From NCBI GenBank assembly GCA_021736525.1, contig JAIPFR010000001.1, positions 891 through 64,890 on the forward strand: a DNA stretch of 64,000 nucleotides. Direction: 5' to 3'. Position numbers and translations under genes: made by a program. Shown piece after piece: positions 9,898 to 18,703 of this stretch; the first letter of the stretch is position 1; the number at the start of each line of letters is the position of its first letter. The notes below the pieces were generated by a model. The model did no database searches, was not told the origin of the DNA, and saw only the letters and a list, made by a program, of their open reading frames with translations. The DNA is from Spirochaetia bacterium. GTDB lineage: Bacteria > Spirochaetota > Spirochaetia > JABMQR01.

Positions 9898-11175
9898 TTA
9901 TGTTCGATCAATTACTGAGAAACCTGTATAGGGAATGAGTTTTTCTGGAATTCGTATAGTTCCATCTTTCTGCTGATGGTTTTCCATTACCGCAATGAGA
10001 GCCCGGGAAAGGGCGACTGCGGTACCATTAAGCATATGCACGTATTGAATTTTTCCTTCATCTGAACGATAGCGCACCCCCAGTCTGCGGGCTTGGTAAT
10101 CAGTGCAATTGGATGTGCTGGTTACTTCTCCCCACTCACCACTGTCGCCGCGGCCCGGCATCCAGGCTTCAATATCAAACTTGCGATAGGCAGGTGATCC
10201 AAGATCACCAGTGCAGGTATCCACTACTCTATAGGGTATTTCAAGTCCTTGGAAAATTTCTTCTTCTATGGCAAGCAGCTGGTCATGAATCTGCTCAGAA
10301 TCTTCTGGAAGAGCGTATATAAACATTTCCAATTTCGTAAACTGATGAACTCTATAGAGTCCCTTGGAATATTGCCCAGCTGCGCCAGCTTCCCGCCGGA
10401 AACAGTGGGACAAGCCTGCAAGTTTAATCGGAAGCCGTTCTCTGGCTATGATTTCTCCAGCATGATATCCTCCGAGGGTGATTTCTGCGGTTCCCACCAG
10501 ACAAGTATCTGTATGCTCTATAGTATAAATATTGCTTTCGGGACCGCGAGGGTTGAAGCCGATGCCTTCAACAATAGATTCTTTGGCAATGTCAGGTGTA
10601 ATAGTCAAGGTGAAATCATATTTCAGCAAAATATCAAGCGCATAGCGCTGCAGGGCAAGGTCCAACAATACTGCTTTATTCTTCAAGTAATAAAATTTAG
10701 CTCCGGAAACTCTGGCAGCTGTCTCAAAATCAATTAAATCCAGCTCTGTTCCCAGTTCAACATGATCTTTAACAGGAAAACCAAATGAAGCCGGTGTGCC
10801 GTATCGTTTTATTTCCAGATTATCCTTGTCCTCTTTTCCCACCGGAGCATCAGGATGGGCATAATTCGGGATTGCGGCTGCGGCAGAAAAATACTTTTTT
10901 TCAATGTCGGAAAGTTCTGCTTCCTTTTCAGCTATCGCATCTTTCAGTTCTTTTCCTTCGGCAATAAGTTTTGCTCGTTCTTCACTCGAAAGCCTGGATT
11001 TCATTTTTTTTGCATTCTCATTCCGGCGGTTTCTCAACTGATCATTTGCCGCGATCAGGGCAGCCCGCTGGTCTTGCAATATAATTACTTGTTCGATATC
11101 AACATGCATGCTTCGGTTAATAATGTTCTGAGCTATTTCTGCTTTTCGTGCTTTAAGTTCTTTTAAGTCAATCAT
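9898..11175 (-). CDS. serS: Serine--tRNA ligase
   Basis: N-terminal coiled coil, GTAEI, CFRREAG..GLYRVHQF.KLE, KFDIEAWMP, SNCTDYQARR, HMLNGT; start moved to MIDLKEL with SD GAGGA. Confidence 0.97.
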   Translation of the reverse strand: MIDLKELKARKAEIAQNIINRSMHVDIEQVIILQDQRAALIAANDQLRNRRNENAKKMKSRLSSEERAKLIAEGKELKDAIAEKEAELSDIEKKYFSAAAAIPNYAHPDAPVGKEDKDNLEIKRYGTPASFGFPVKDHVELGTELDLIDFETAARVSGAKFYYLKNKAVLLDLALQRYALDILLKYDFTLTITPDIAKESIVEGIGFNPRGPESNIYTIEHTDTCLVGTAEITLGGYHAGEIIARERLPIKLAGLSHCFRREAGAAGQYSKGLYRVHQFTKLEMFIYALPEDSEQIHDQLLAIEEEIFQGLEIPYRVVDTCTGDLGSPAYRKFDIEAWMPGRGDSGEWGEVTSTSNCTDYQARRLGVRYRSDEGKIQYVHMLNGTAVALSRALIAVMENHQQKDGTIRIPEKLIPYTGFSVIDRT

Positions 11176-11191
11176 GGTATTCCTCAGTAAA

Positions 11192-11992
11192 TTATGCTTT
11201 TTTCTCTTCAAGGTATACAGCTTTCTGCGAAGCTGCACGGACAGCCTGCATAACAGCTGCATTAAATCCGCCGTTTTCAAGTGCCAGCAGCCCTTCAATA
11301 GTCGTTCCAGCGGCAGAAGAGACCGAAGTGATGAGCTCCAGGGGCTTGGTGCCGTTTTTTTTCATCAGGTCAAGAGCTCCGGAAAAGGTTTCAGAAGCAA
11401 TAGCAATTGATTGTGGATAGGGAATACCTTCCAAGGTTCCTCCCATGGCCACAGCATGAAGAAACTGATAGAAAAAAGCTATAGCCGACCCAGATATGCC
11501 AATAAAAGCCGGAAACAGGGATTCAGCAAGCGGATAGTACGTGCCGCAGGCTTCAGCTATTTTCTGAGCTTTATGTACAAACTCGATGCCTGATTCCGGG
11601 GATGCCGCAGCCGCGGTTACAGCGCTGGAGACCGAGGCTGCTATATTCGGCATAAAGCGGATAATTTTTTTTGTATTAAGACCGGAGCAAAGTGTTTCAA
11701 TGGTAACACCAGCAGCAATGGATATATATTGATGGTCTTTCTTTGCTGCAGCCAGAATTGGGTAAATGGAGGGGAGAATCTGTGGCTTGACTGCAAGAAT
11801 GGTGATGTCTGTCTGCATAACAATTTCGACAGCTGTATTCAAAGCTTTTCCTGACAATTCTGCTGCAAGTACCGAGCTTTTCTGATTGTCCGTGTCATAA
11901 AAGAAAAGTTCGACGGCATCGAATTTCACAGAGAGAGCCCGGGCAATAGCCGATCCCATATTTCCGCATCCAACAAAACCGATTCGATCCAT
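11192..11992 (-). CDS. proC: Pyrroline-5-carboxylate reductase
   Basis: GCGNMG, LAVKPQ, ISIAAG, RFMPN, SGS, SAAGTT; SD GGAGG at 12001-12005. Confidence 0.95.
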   Translation of the reverse strand: MDRIGFVGCGNMGSAIARALSVKFDAVELFFYDTDNQKSSVLAAELSGKALNTAVEIVMQTDITILAVKPQILPSIYPILAAAKKDHQYISIAAGVTIETLCSGLNTKKIIRFMPNIAASVSSAVTAAAASPESGIEFVHKAQKIAEACGTYYPLAESLFPAFIGISGSAIAFFYQFLHAVAMGGTLEGIPYPQSIAIASETFSGALDLMKKNGTKPLELITSVSSAAGTTIEGLLALENGGFNAAVMQAVRAASQKAVYLEEKKA

Positions 11993-12096
11993 ACAATACA
12001 CCTCCAGCAAACGACGCTATACCATACTAGTTATTTTATCGAACCTGTGCAACCATTTTTCGAGGCTGCTGTACAATGAGGTTAAGGTTTCTGGAT

Positions 12097-12633
12097 TCAT
12101 GAATTTGGTATACAGGATGATGGCCATGCCATGCGATGCAGTGTTCCACGCTTTTCCATTCCCCGGAATTGATGCTGGCGTAAATATTCATATGCTGCTA
12201 CAGCAGCGGCATTGGAAAGGTTAAGGGACCTGGCAGTGCTGATCATCGGAATTCTTACCGCTGATTGGGGATAGCGGATAAGTATCTCTTCGGGTATTCC
12301 ACGGGATTCCTTGCCGAACATGAGATAGGAGGTTTCCGGATAGGTGTATTCTGTATAGAGTTTCTCAGCTTTAGTAGTGAAAAGAGTCAGAGCACCGGAT
12401 TCGGAATTGACAGCTGCAGGATTGGCGGCAAAGAAATCATCAATATCTTCATATACCGTTATATTGAGCAGATTCCAGTAGTCAAGTCCGGCACGCTTCA
12501 AATACTTGTCCTCGATGGAAAATCCTAAGGGCTTGATTAAATGAAGATCTGCCTGAACGGCAGCACAGGTTCGGGCAATATTTCCCGTATTTTGTGGTAT
12601 TTCCGGTTCTAACAGAACAATATTCAGCGGCAT
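12097..12633 (-). CDS. trmL: tRNA (cytidine(34)/uridine(34)-2'-O)-methyltransferase
   Basis: PEIPQNTGNIARTC, LKRAGLDYW, FGKESRG, RIPM..RSLNLSN (SPOUT fold). Confidence 0.95.
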   Translation of the reverse strand: MPLNIVLLEPEIPQNTGNIARTCAAVQADLHLIKPLGFSIEDKYLKRAGLDYWNLLNITVYEDIDDFFAANPAAVNSESGALTLFTTKAEKLYTEYTYPETSYLMFGKESRGIPEEILIRYPQSAVRIPMISTARSLNLSNAAAVAAYEYLRQHQFRGMEKRGTLHRMAWPSSCIPNS

Positions 12634-12637
12634 ACTG

Positions 12638-13843
12638 CTACGGTTTCCTTTTTGATGAGTTTTTCCTGCCTAACAGGCTTGACGCCTTAACTAGATGTAT
12701 CCCAGAACTCTGCATAGTTTGGACGGCTTTTTCCAGCTTGTGTTTTCTTGCATAACCGGAATCAAAGAGTTCGTTCTGAACAGCATGTCCTGATTCCTCT
12801 ATCGAACCGATTCCGGCTCCAATCAACCGCACAGGGCGGCGATCCCATTTTTTATCAAAAAGCTCCCATGCTGAAAAAAAGAGTTCTTCAGCGGACAAAA
12901 AAGGAGAAGTATTGCTTTTCTGGGCGGAAACCGAAGAGAAATCTGTATACTTAATTTTTATAAAAGCAGTTTTTCCAGTTACAGAATCACTCAGGGTTCG
13001 GAAGAATACCTGATGGCTGAGGTCGAATATCAGTTGTCTCAGAGTTTCCCTGTCGGATACATCTTCTGAAAGGGTAAGCTCATTACTGACCGAACGACTT
13101 TTCGTCTCGCCGGTAAATATACCAGGATCAATCCCGCGAGATACCGCATAATAAAAAGAACCGGATGATTGACCGAAAAGTCTTTTAAGCGTTAACTCAT
13201 CGAAGCTTCTCAACTGCTTAACAGTGGTTATCCCCTTTGAGGCAAGGGCTGTCTCAGCCTTAGGGCCTATCCCCCAGATGTCTTTGATTCGGCAGCTGTC
13301 AATAAAATCTATCTCTCTGCCTGGAGGAACTCGAAAAAGGCCATCCGGTTTGCTTCTTGCAGATGCCATTTTTGCAACAAATTTCGAAGCTCCAATGCCA
13401 ATGGAAATTGTCAGCTGGGTTTGATTTCTGATTGACGACTTAATGGTTCCGGCAGAAGATTCGGGAGGTCCCATCAGCAATTCTGTTCCAGTCATGTCAA
13501 GAAAAGCCTCATCAATTGAAATCTGCTGAATAACAGGAGCGTGCTGTTTAAGGATATCCATAATAAAGCGGCTCATATCAAGATATCTGTTCATCCGAAC
13601 CGGCAGGTAGCATCCGTCAGGGCAAAGCTTACGAGCCTGGAAAATGGGCATAGCCGAGTGAATGCCAAATTTCCTGGCCTCATAAGAGCAGGCGGATACC
13701 ACGCCGCGACCTGAGGTTCCACCGACAATCACCGGTTTCCCTATAAGATCAGGATTGTCTGCCTGTTCAACAGAGGCATAAAAAGCATCCATGTCTACAT
13801 GAAAAAAGCAGGGATCAATCATCTTCTGAATTCCATCTTGCAT
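12638..13843 (-). CDS. dinB: DNA polymerase IV (Y family); alternative start at 13822
   Basis: HVDMDAFYASVE, CSYEARKFGI.SAMP, SIDEAFLD, AKMAS..KPDG, VRLIG. Confidence 0.95.
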   Translation of the reverse strand: MQDGIQKMIDPCFFHVDMDAFYASVEQADNPDLIGKPVIVGGTSGRGVVSACSYEARKFGIHSAMPIFQARKLCPDGCYLPVRMNRYLDMSRFIMDILKQHAPVIQQISIDEAFLDMTGTELLMGPPESSAGTIKSSIRNQTQLTISIGIGASKFVAKMASARSKPDGLFRVPPGREIDFIDSCRIKDIWGIGPKAETALASKGITTVKQLRSFDELTLKRLFGQSSGSFYYAVSRGIDPGIFTGETKSRSVSNELTLSEDVSDRETLRQLIFDLSHQVFFRTLSDSVTGKTAFIKIKYTDFSSVSAQKSNTSPFLSAEELFFSAWELFDKKWDRRPVRLIGAGIGSIEESGHAVQNELFDSGYARKHKLEKAVQTMQSSGIHLVKASSLLGRKNSSKRKP

Positions 13844-14924
13844 TGAGTTCTTTTTCGGCTGTCCTTATGAGTTCTTCCATCAGACTGTTCCAGTCAAAAC
13901 CGCCGGATTTGACAAGCTGCATATACATGCTTGTTTCTGTAAATCCCGGTATCGTGTTTATTTCATTTAAGTAGACAGCTCCGGAATCCCTGTCAAAGAA
14001 CATGTCTGCCCGAGCCATGCCGCAGCAGGAAAGAGCTCGATAACCAGCTGCAGCAAGTTTTCTGATTCTCTCTGTTACATCCTGGGGCAGCTCGGCGGGA
14101 ATTGTGATGCAGGCGGCATGCTTCTTTGACGAATACTTATACTCATAATTATAGAATTGGCCAGGGGCTGCGATCTCTCCTGGTTGTGAGACGAAAAGAT
14201 CGGTGCGAGTATCAAAAACGCTGCATTCAATTTCTCGACAATTAATTGCTTTCTCAATCAGAACACGTCTGGATATATCAGCTGCTTTTTCAAGTGCTGG
14301 ATAGAGTTCAGCCAGCGTTCCTGCTCGGGTAATACCAATTGACGAACCGGAACTTTCTGGCTTAATGTAAACAGGCAGTCCCAATGATTCAGAGATCTCA
14401 TGAACCAGCATGGCTGTTGAAGGTTCTGCTGCTGAAAAACCGTCATACATAAAACTGTCGACACAAATATAATCCACAACAGGCAGACCGGCTTTTTCCC
14501 AGTAGAGTTTTGCAGTATATTTGGAAAAACCAATAAAGGAGCTGCTGAAACTGCTGCCGATATAGGGAATCGGCAGAAAATCAAGCATACCCTGAAGCCG
14601 TCCATCCTCACCATAGGCACCATGGGTGAGGGGGAATAAAACACCGTCAGCAATAAGTCTGCTGCCGCAGGACAACCCCTTACCGGGAACTATCGTTACA
14701 GCCAGCTCCTCATTCCTCTCTATAAGAGCCCTGTAAGCCTCTACTGAATCATCCCATATAAGGGAAGGTTTCTGGAGATACAATCGACTGTTCCGGGTAA
14801 TGCCGATGCACATTACAGGATAGCCAATATTGGTAAGTGACTGATACACAGCTGCCGCAGATACGCAGGATACTGAATGTTCGGGTGAGTTGCCGCCGTA
14901 AAGAAGAATGATAGTTTTACGCAT
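13815..14924 (-). CDS. ddl: D-alanine--D-alanine ligase
   Basis: GGNSPEHSVS, HGAYGEDG.LQG, KP..GSSIG, FYNYEYKY, NEINTIPGFT. Confidence 0.93.
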   Translation of the reverse strand: MRKTIILLYGGNSPEHSVSCVSAAAVYQSLTNIGYPVMCIGITRNSRLYLQKPSLIWDDSVEAYRALIERNEELAVTIVPGKGLSCGSRLIADGVLFPLTHGAYGEDGRLQGMLDFLPIPYIGSSFSSSFIGFSKYTAKLYWEKAGLPVVDYICVDSFMYDGFSAAEPSTAMLVHEISESLGLPVYIKPESSGSSIGITRAGTLAELYPALEKAADISRRVLIEKAINCREIECSVFDTRTDLFVSQPGEIAAPGQFYNYEYKYSSKKHAACITIPAELPQDVTERIRKLAAAGYRALSCCGMARADMFFDRDSGAVYLNEINTIPGFTETSMYMQLVKSGGFDWNSLMEELIRTAEKELNARWNSEDD

Positions 14925-16473
14925 ACGGTTTTCTCCTGACTGCGCTTAATGCTTCACGCACAACCGCCTCCTCATCCCAGGGAACAGAGTGATTCCTACG
15001 CTCGATTGTTTTTTCATGTCCTTTTCCAAGAAGCAGTATACATGATTCAGGGGTTGAGTTTCTCAAAGCTTTTACTATAGCGCTGCGACGGTCGGTATCA
15101 ATTAAAATGGTTCCCTTGTAGCTATCGGGGATTCCACTTTTGATTTCCTTAATAATACCCGTTGTATCCTCACTCCTGGAATCATCCTCTGTAAGAATAA
15201 CTATATCACAATATTCTGCGGCTATCCTGCCTAGATTGACACGCTTTGAAGCATCGCGTTCACCGGGACTTCCAAATACTGCAATGAAACGACTATCCGG
15301 ATACAGACGGCGCATATCAGAAAAAACGTTCAAAAATGCATGCTCGGTGTGAGCATAATCAAAAAGTATGGTGCCGTTTTCTCCCGCGGATAGTAATTTG
15401 AATCGTCCTTTGACAGCTTCCATTGTATTGAAGCTCAGTGTTTTTAAAGGGAATCTGCCAATACAGAACTCAAGGTAAGCAAGCAGGGCTGCAGCAAAAT
15501 TCTTCACCTGGGTGAAGAAAACAAAAGGCAGTTTGCCTGCCCAGCTGAATGTATCTGATAGTATTGATACCTCTATACCTGTAGAGCTGAAATTTTCAAT
15601 GACAATTGAAAGATTCGGTTTCAGGACTGACGCAATACCATGCTTGTCCGGCAGTTCAACCGACCAGGATCTGATTTTCTGATCATCTCCTATAACGGCT
15701 TCAAGGGCTGGCCGCCAATCAGCATGGACAGGAACCAAAGCTGAACCACCGGGAATCAGCTGACGGAAAATATTCATTTTTGCATCGATATATGCAGCTC
15801 TGGAACCATGGAAATCAAGGTGATCAGAAGTTATATCGGTACATACAGCCAGAGAAAAAGAAATATCCAGTAATCTCCCGGTTGCAGGAGAAAGTCCATG
15901 AGAACTGGCCTCAATAACTGCAGTCCTGCAGCCGTCAGCAATTGCTTCAGCAAGAAACTTATGAATTTCTATTGCATCGGGAGTGGTTAAATGTGTACTG
16001 TTTTCTCTAATCCCTTTTCCTGAGTCCTTCCAGACGGAACTGAATAGAGCCGGTTTGTATCCATTGTTCTGAAGAAGCTGATAGAGAAAAAAACAAGTGC
16101 TGCTTTTCCCGTCGGTGCCGGTAACTCCGATAACCGGAATTTTTCCTGAGGGGTTGTCATAAAATTCTGCGCTTAAGCGTGACATGGCACGCTTGACATC
16201 CTGAAGCTGAATATAGCAGACCCCTTCAGCAAAAATTGAAATACGCTCCGTATGAATAACAGTTGAGGCTCCATTAGCTATCGCCTTATCAATATAATCA
16301 TGCCCGTTTACATGACAACCTGATGCAGCAAAAAAAATATAACCAGGTTTGCAGGTTCTGGAATCATGAGACAATCCTGAAATTTTTTTTTCAGAAAATC
16401 CATGCATGACCATATAATCAATGGACCCCAGAAGCCGGGATAGTAAAAAGAATTGGTCATTTTTTACTGTCAT
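14917..16473 (-). CDS. murE: UDP-N-acetylmuramoyl-L-alanyl-D-glutamate--diamino acid ligase
   Basis: HDSR, GVTGTDGKSS, TTPDA, EASSHGL, DHLDFH, DYAHT, VFGSPGERD, GKGHE. Confidence 0.92.
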   Translation of the reverse strand: MTVKNDQFFLLSRLLGSIDYMVMHGFSEKKISGLSHDSRTCKPGYIFFAASGCHVNGHDYIDKAIANGASTVIHTERISIFAEGVCYIQLQDVKRAMSRLSAEFYDNPSGKIPVIGVTGTDGKSSTCFFLYQLLQNNGYKPALFSSVWKDSGKGIRENSTHLTTPDAIEIHKFLAEAIADGCRTAVIEASSHGLSPATGRLLDISFSLAVCTDITSDHLDFHGSRAAYIDAKMNIFRQLIPGGSALVPVHADWRPALEAVIGDDQKIRSWSVELPDKHGIASVLKPNLSIVIENFSSTGIEVSILSDTFSWAGKLPFVFFTQVKNFAAALLAYLEFCIGRFPLKTLSFNTMEAVKGRFKLLSAGENGTILFDYAHTEHAFLNVFSDMRRLYPDSRFIAVFGSPGERDASKRVNLGRIAAEYCDIVILTEDDSRSEDTTGIIKEIKSGIPDSYKGTILIDTDRRSAIVKALRNSTPESCILLLGKGHEKTIERRNHSVPWDEEAVVREALSAVRRKPYA

Positions 16474-16514
16474 GCTGCATCGTAGCAAAAGTATTCTGAT
16501 TTTACCACAAGAAA

Positions 16515-16548
16515 AATAAAAAAAGCGGCAGGTTCAACTGCCGCTTTT
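16515..16548 (-). terminator. Intrinsic terminator after hflC
   Basis: Stem aaaagcggcag/ctgccgctttt with 6-nt loop, followed by a U-rich run on the minus strand. Confidence 0.8.
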
Positions 16549-16570
16549 GCTTAATTATGAAAATTTCTTG

Positions 16571-17560
16571 CTATTTTGCACCTTCCACGTTGTACAGATA
16601 GTCAAAATAGTCAAGTTCGGTTGACAATACCTTATCAAGATTGGGTACTGTTTGTTTGTAGGATTCCAGCGTCAGCCAGAATTCGAAGAATTCAGGGTCA
16701 GCAGAATAGGAATCTGCATAGAGCTTTGTAGCCGTAGCGTCAGCCGCACCTTTAATCTCTTCAGATTTTGCATACGCTTCAGAAAGTATTTTCTTCTTGT
16801 CGTTTTCCTGCTTGCCCAGCCATTCAGCTTTTTTACCTTCCCCGAACGAGCGGTAAGCTTCAGCAATCTGATTTCTTTCTTTAATCATACGATCGTACAC
16901 ACTTGCAGTCAGGTCGTCAGAATAGCGAATCTGGCGAATCAGGATATCGATAAGTTCGATGCCGTATTCTTCTCTGGTAATAGGGGCGGCAAGGGCAAAC
17001 ATTTCAGCTGAAAGCGCTTCACGTCCTTTGCTTACAGGATCTGATCGAACTGACGTTTCAGTAAGATCGCGGAGGCTTTCAGCCTCTTCCTCGTCCTCTA
17101 GCGACTGAACCTGTTCAGTTATGACAATTTCAAGAATCCGGTTGGAATTCCTGACCGCTTCGTTGAGAAAGTTCTCGGCAATGATCGTTCGAACGGTGGA
17201 ATCTACTATATCGTCGAGGCGGGCATAGCCCTGTTCTACAGTATTAACTGCTTCATAAAACTTCAGCGGATCAACAATTTTCCAGCGGGCGGTCGTATCT
17301 ACCCAGATAAACTGGTTTTCTTTGGTAGGGATCCTTTGAGAATCACCATCCCAGGAGAGAACCCGCTTGGAATATTTAACGACATTGTCAACAAAAGGCA
17401 CCTTGAACTTCAGGCCGGCCTCTGTCTGCGTGTTCACTATAGCCCCGAAACGGGTAATGACGGCCTGTTCGCCTTCATACAAGATATAAAAAGGACCGAG
17501 AATGACAAGAATAATTACCAGCACTAAAATCACGGCCAGGGTAGTAATAAGCTTTTTCAT
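16571..17560 (-). CDS. hflC: FtsH protease modulator HflC
   Basis: N-terminal TM helix, SPFH domain (GLKFKVPF, VDTTARWKI.DP, RMIKER), YSADPEFFEF. Confidence 0.95.
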   Translation of the reverse strand: MKKLITTLAVILVLVIILVILGPFYILYEGEQAVITRFGAIVNTQTEAGLKFKVPFVDNVVKYSKRVLSWDGDSQRIPTKENQFIWVDTTARWKIVDPLKFYEAVNTVEQGYARLDDIVDSTVRTIIAENFLNEAVRNSNRILEIVITEQVQSLEDEEEAESLRDLTETSVRSDPVSKGREALSAEMFALAAPITREEYGIELIDILIRQIRYSDDLTASVYDRMIKERNQIAEAYRSFGEGKKAEWLGKQENDKKKILSEAYAKSEEIKGAADATATKLYADSYSADPEFFEFWLTLESYKQTVPNLDKVLSTELDYFDYLYNVEGAK

Positions 17561-18567
17561 CAGTTTGTTCCCCCTCCTGTTATGACTTCAACGCCTTGGG
17601 TCCCGATACTTTGAATGGGGAGAAAATTCTCAAGATGTTTGTCAATGATCGTTATTGAACCATTAGATCCCGGCTGCAGAATCTGTTCGATGGTTTCTAT
17701 ATAAAGCCGGGTTGCGGTAACCTCAGGATCTGCGGCATAGGCTTCTCTAACAGCGTTAAAACGGGCAACATCACCTATGGCTTCATTGGTCCTCTCAACT
17801 GCGTACCCCTCTGCTATCTGAATCAGCTGCAGCGCTTCACCTTGAGCCTTGGGAATTTCCTTATTGTAGGCCTGCTTCCCTTCGTTAATCAGCCGGTTCA
17901 TATCCTGTACCGATTTGTTAACATCCTCGAAGGCGTCCTGAACTTCTCCGACTGGCGGAATAATATTTCTCAGTTTTACGGTAACCACCTGAATGCCGAG
18001 TCCGTAGGAGTCCAGAACTTTCTGCATGCGCTGCTGGGCTTCGTATTCTATAGTTATTCTTTCTGACCCCATAACTGCAAGAATAGCGAGATCGCCAACC
18101 AGCTGATTTATAACCGACTGACTTATATCTCGAATAGTTTTTTCCCGATCAAGGACATTGAAAAGCCAGGCATACGGATCGTTAATACGATACTGCAGGG
18201 TCCATTCAATATCTACAATGTTAAGATCTCCGGTAAGCATGACTGATTCTTCAGGAAAATCAGCTCTGGCAAAAGTTGATGCAACCCCTGCCTGTTCCGT
18301 ACGGAAGCCGAAGCTCATCGTCTGAACTACTTCAGTCGGTACATTATAGTTTTTCTCGATACCAAAAGGAAGCTTCCACTGCAGTCCGGCTCCTACAATC
18401 CGTTCAAACTGTCCGAATCTGAGAACCACTCCCTTTTCCGTCTGGTCAACAACGAAGAAGCTGCTAAGTCCAAGAACAATCAGAATAATAACTGCAATAA
18501 TTACTATGATGATTTTTGGCTGAACTGTGAACTGCTTCGGAGTTGAATTGGCGTTACGTTCCAGCAT
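17560..18567 (-). CDS. hflK: FtsH protease modulator HflK
   Basis: TM helix, VVLRFG, MLTGDLNIVD, VQDAFEDV, P.AQGEA, PEVT.TRLYIE; SD GAGGAG. Confidence 0.95.
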   Translation of the reverse strand: MLERNANSTPKQFTVQPKIIIVIIAVIILIVLGLSSFFVVDQTEKGVVLRFGQFERIVGAGLQWKLPFGIEKNYNVPTEVVQTMSFGFRTEQAGVASTFARADFPEESVMLTGDLNIVDIEWTLQYRINDPYAWLFNVLDREKTIRDISQSVINQLVGDLAILAVMGSERITIEYEAQQRMQKVLDSYGLGIQVVTVKLRNIIPPVGEVQDAFEDVNKSVQDMNRLINEGKQAYNKEIPKAQGEALQLIQIAEGYAVERTNEAIGDVARFNAVREAYAADPEVTATRLYIETIEQILQPGSNGSITIIDKHLENFLPIQSIGTQGVEVITGGGTN

Positions 18568-18597
18568 AACTCCTCCTCGAAATATACATTCATTCTT

Positions 18598-18626
18598 AAG
18601 TTAATCCGATACCATGCTATAGTCAA
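18598..18626 (-). promoter_or_regulatory. Putative sigma70 promoter of hflKC
   Basis: Minus strand TTGACT-17 nt-TAACTT. Confidence 0.45.
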
Positions 18627-18667
18627 GGTATACCGGCTATTCTTATCAAATCTATTATCTGAACGGA

Positions 18668-18696
18668 TTGAACAGACCTGTTCTAATCGCTATATT
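18668..18696 (+). promoter_or_regulatory. Putative sigma70 promoter of metG
   Basis: TTGAAC-17 nt-TATATT, ending 7 nt before the ATG at 18704. Confidence 0.5.
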
Positions 18697-18703
18697 AGGG
18701 GAT

